Assembly: GCF_032191835.1 (NCBI RefSeq)
Contig: NC_083229.1
Coordinates: 48,484,001 to 48,548,000 of the forward strand
DNA length: 64,000 nt
DNA from: Heteronotia binoei
Taxonomy: Eukaryota
Direction of reading: 5' to 3'
In this document: piece by piece, positions 63,668 to 64,000 of the stretch
How the letters are laid out: every line of letters starts with the position of its first letter
Position numbering within the stretch: the stretch's first letter is position 1
Notes under the pieces: generated by a model
Databases searched by the model: none
Told to the model about the DNA's origin: nothing
What the model saw: only the letters and a program-made list of their open reading frames with translations
Position numbers and translations under genes: made by a program

Positions 63668-64000
63668 AGGAGGTTGGGGGCTTTGCCCTCCCCCCAAGTC
63701 AGAATAAAGAGGCGGACACAATTAAATTGGTGAAACTATGGGCCACTTTATTGAATAACACTGCAATGGCAAGGGCAACCGAACTGCGGCGAGGTCAGGG
63801 CCAGGGGTCTCCTCAAACCGCTCCCCTGCCTTTTTCAGCGGGTGAGAGACCCGGCCCCCCGGCTGGAGCTGTGTGTCACAGCTCCCGTCAGGCAGGCCCA
63901 GCAGGGAGGCTCGCACCGGAAGGCCCAGACACCAGACGCGAGTCTCAGAGAAAGGCACCCATCCAATCGAGTCTCCAGGACAGTCTGCATTCACACACCT

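Noticed and set aside
63230-63721. 163-aa minus-strand ORF
   Set aside because: Artefact of translating through the N gap.

Overview
Vertebrate genomic DNA from a squamate reptile, probably a gecko (inferred from the Sauria SINE, Squam3-like SINE, BovB and CR1 repeat content). It is the syntenic equivalent of human 8q21.13. Genes: CHMP4C first coding exon (minus strand; later exons not found in the window), complete ZFAND1 (8 coding exons, 268 aa, with a GC-AG intron), complete IMPA1 (non-coding first exon plus 8 coding exons, 278 aa), and a complete 4-exon FABP of the FABP4/PMP2/FABP9/FABP12 group (132 aa, minus strand, convergent on IMPA1). No SLC10A5 ORF is visible between ZFAND1 and IMPA1. 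The rest is largely transposable elements: a full-length but decayed BovB with two nested insertions, SINEs, CR1 and L1 fragments, and many hAT-type MITEs. A 352-N assembly gap lies near the end. I see no evidence of a wholly new multi-gene system. The best leads are (i) a candidate TATA-driven alternative promoter and first exon in IMPA1 intron 1 that would add an in-frame 12-aa N-terminal extension, (ii) a 5'-inverted (twin-primed) non-L1 LINE insertion proven to be one event by a 13-bp TSD, and (iii) an inverted FABP paralogue with pocket substitutions, bracketed by two near-identical direct-repeat MITEs. All calls were made by eye and from recalled protein and repeat sequences; no searches were run.
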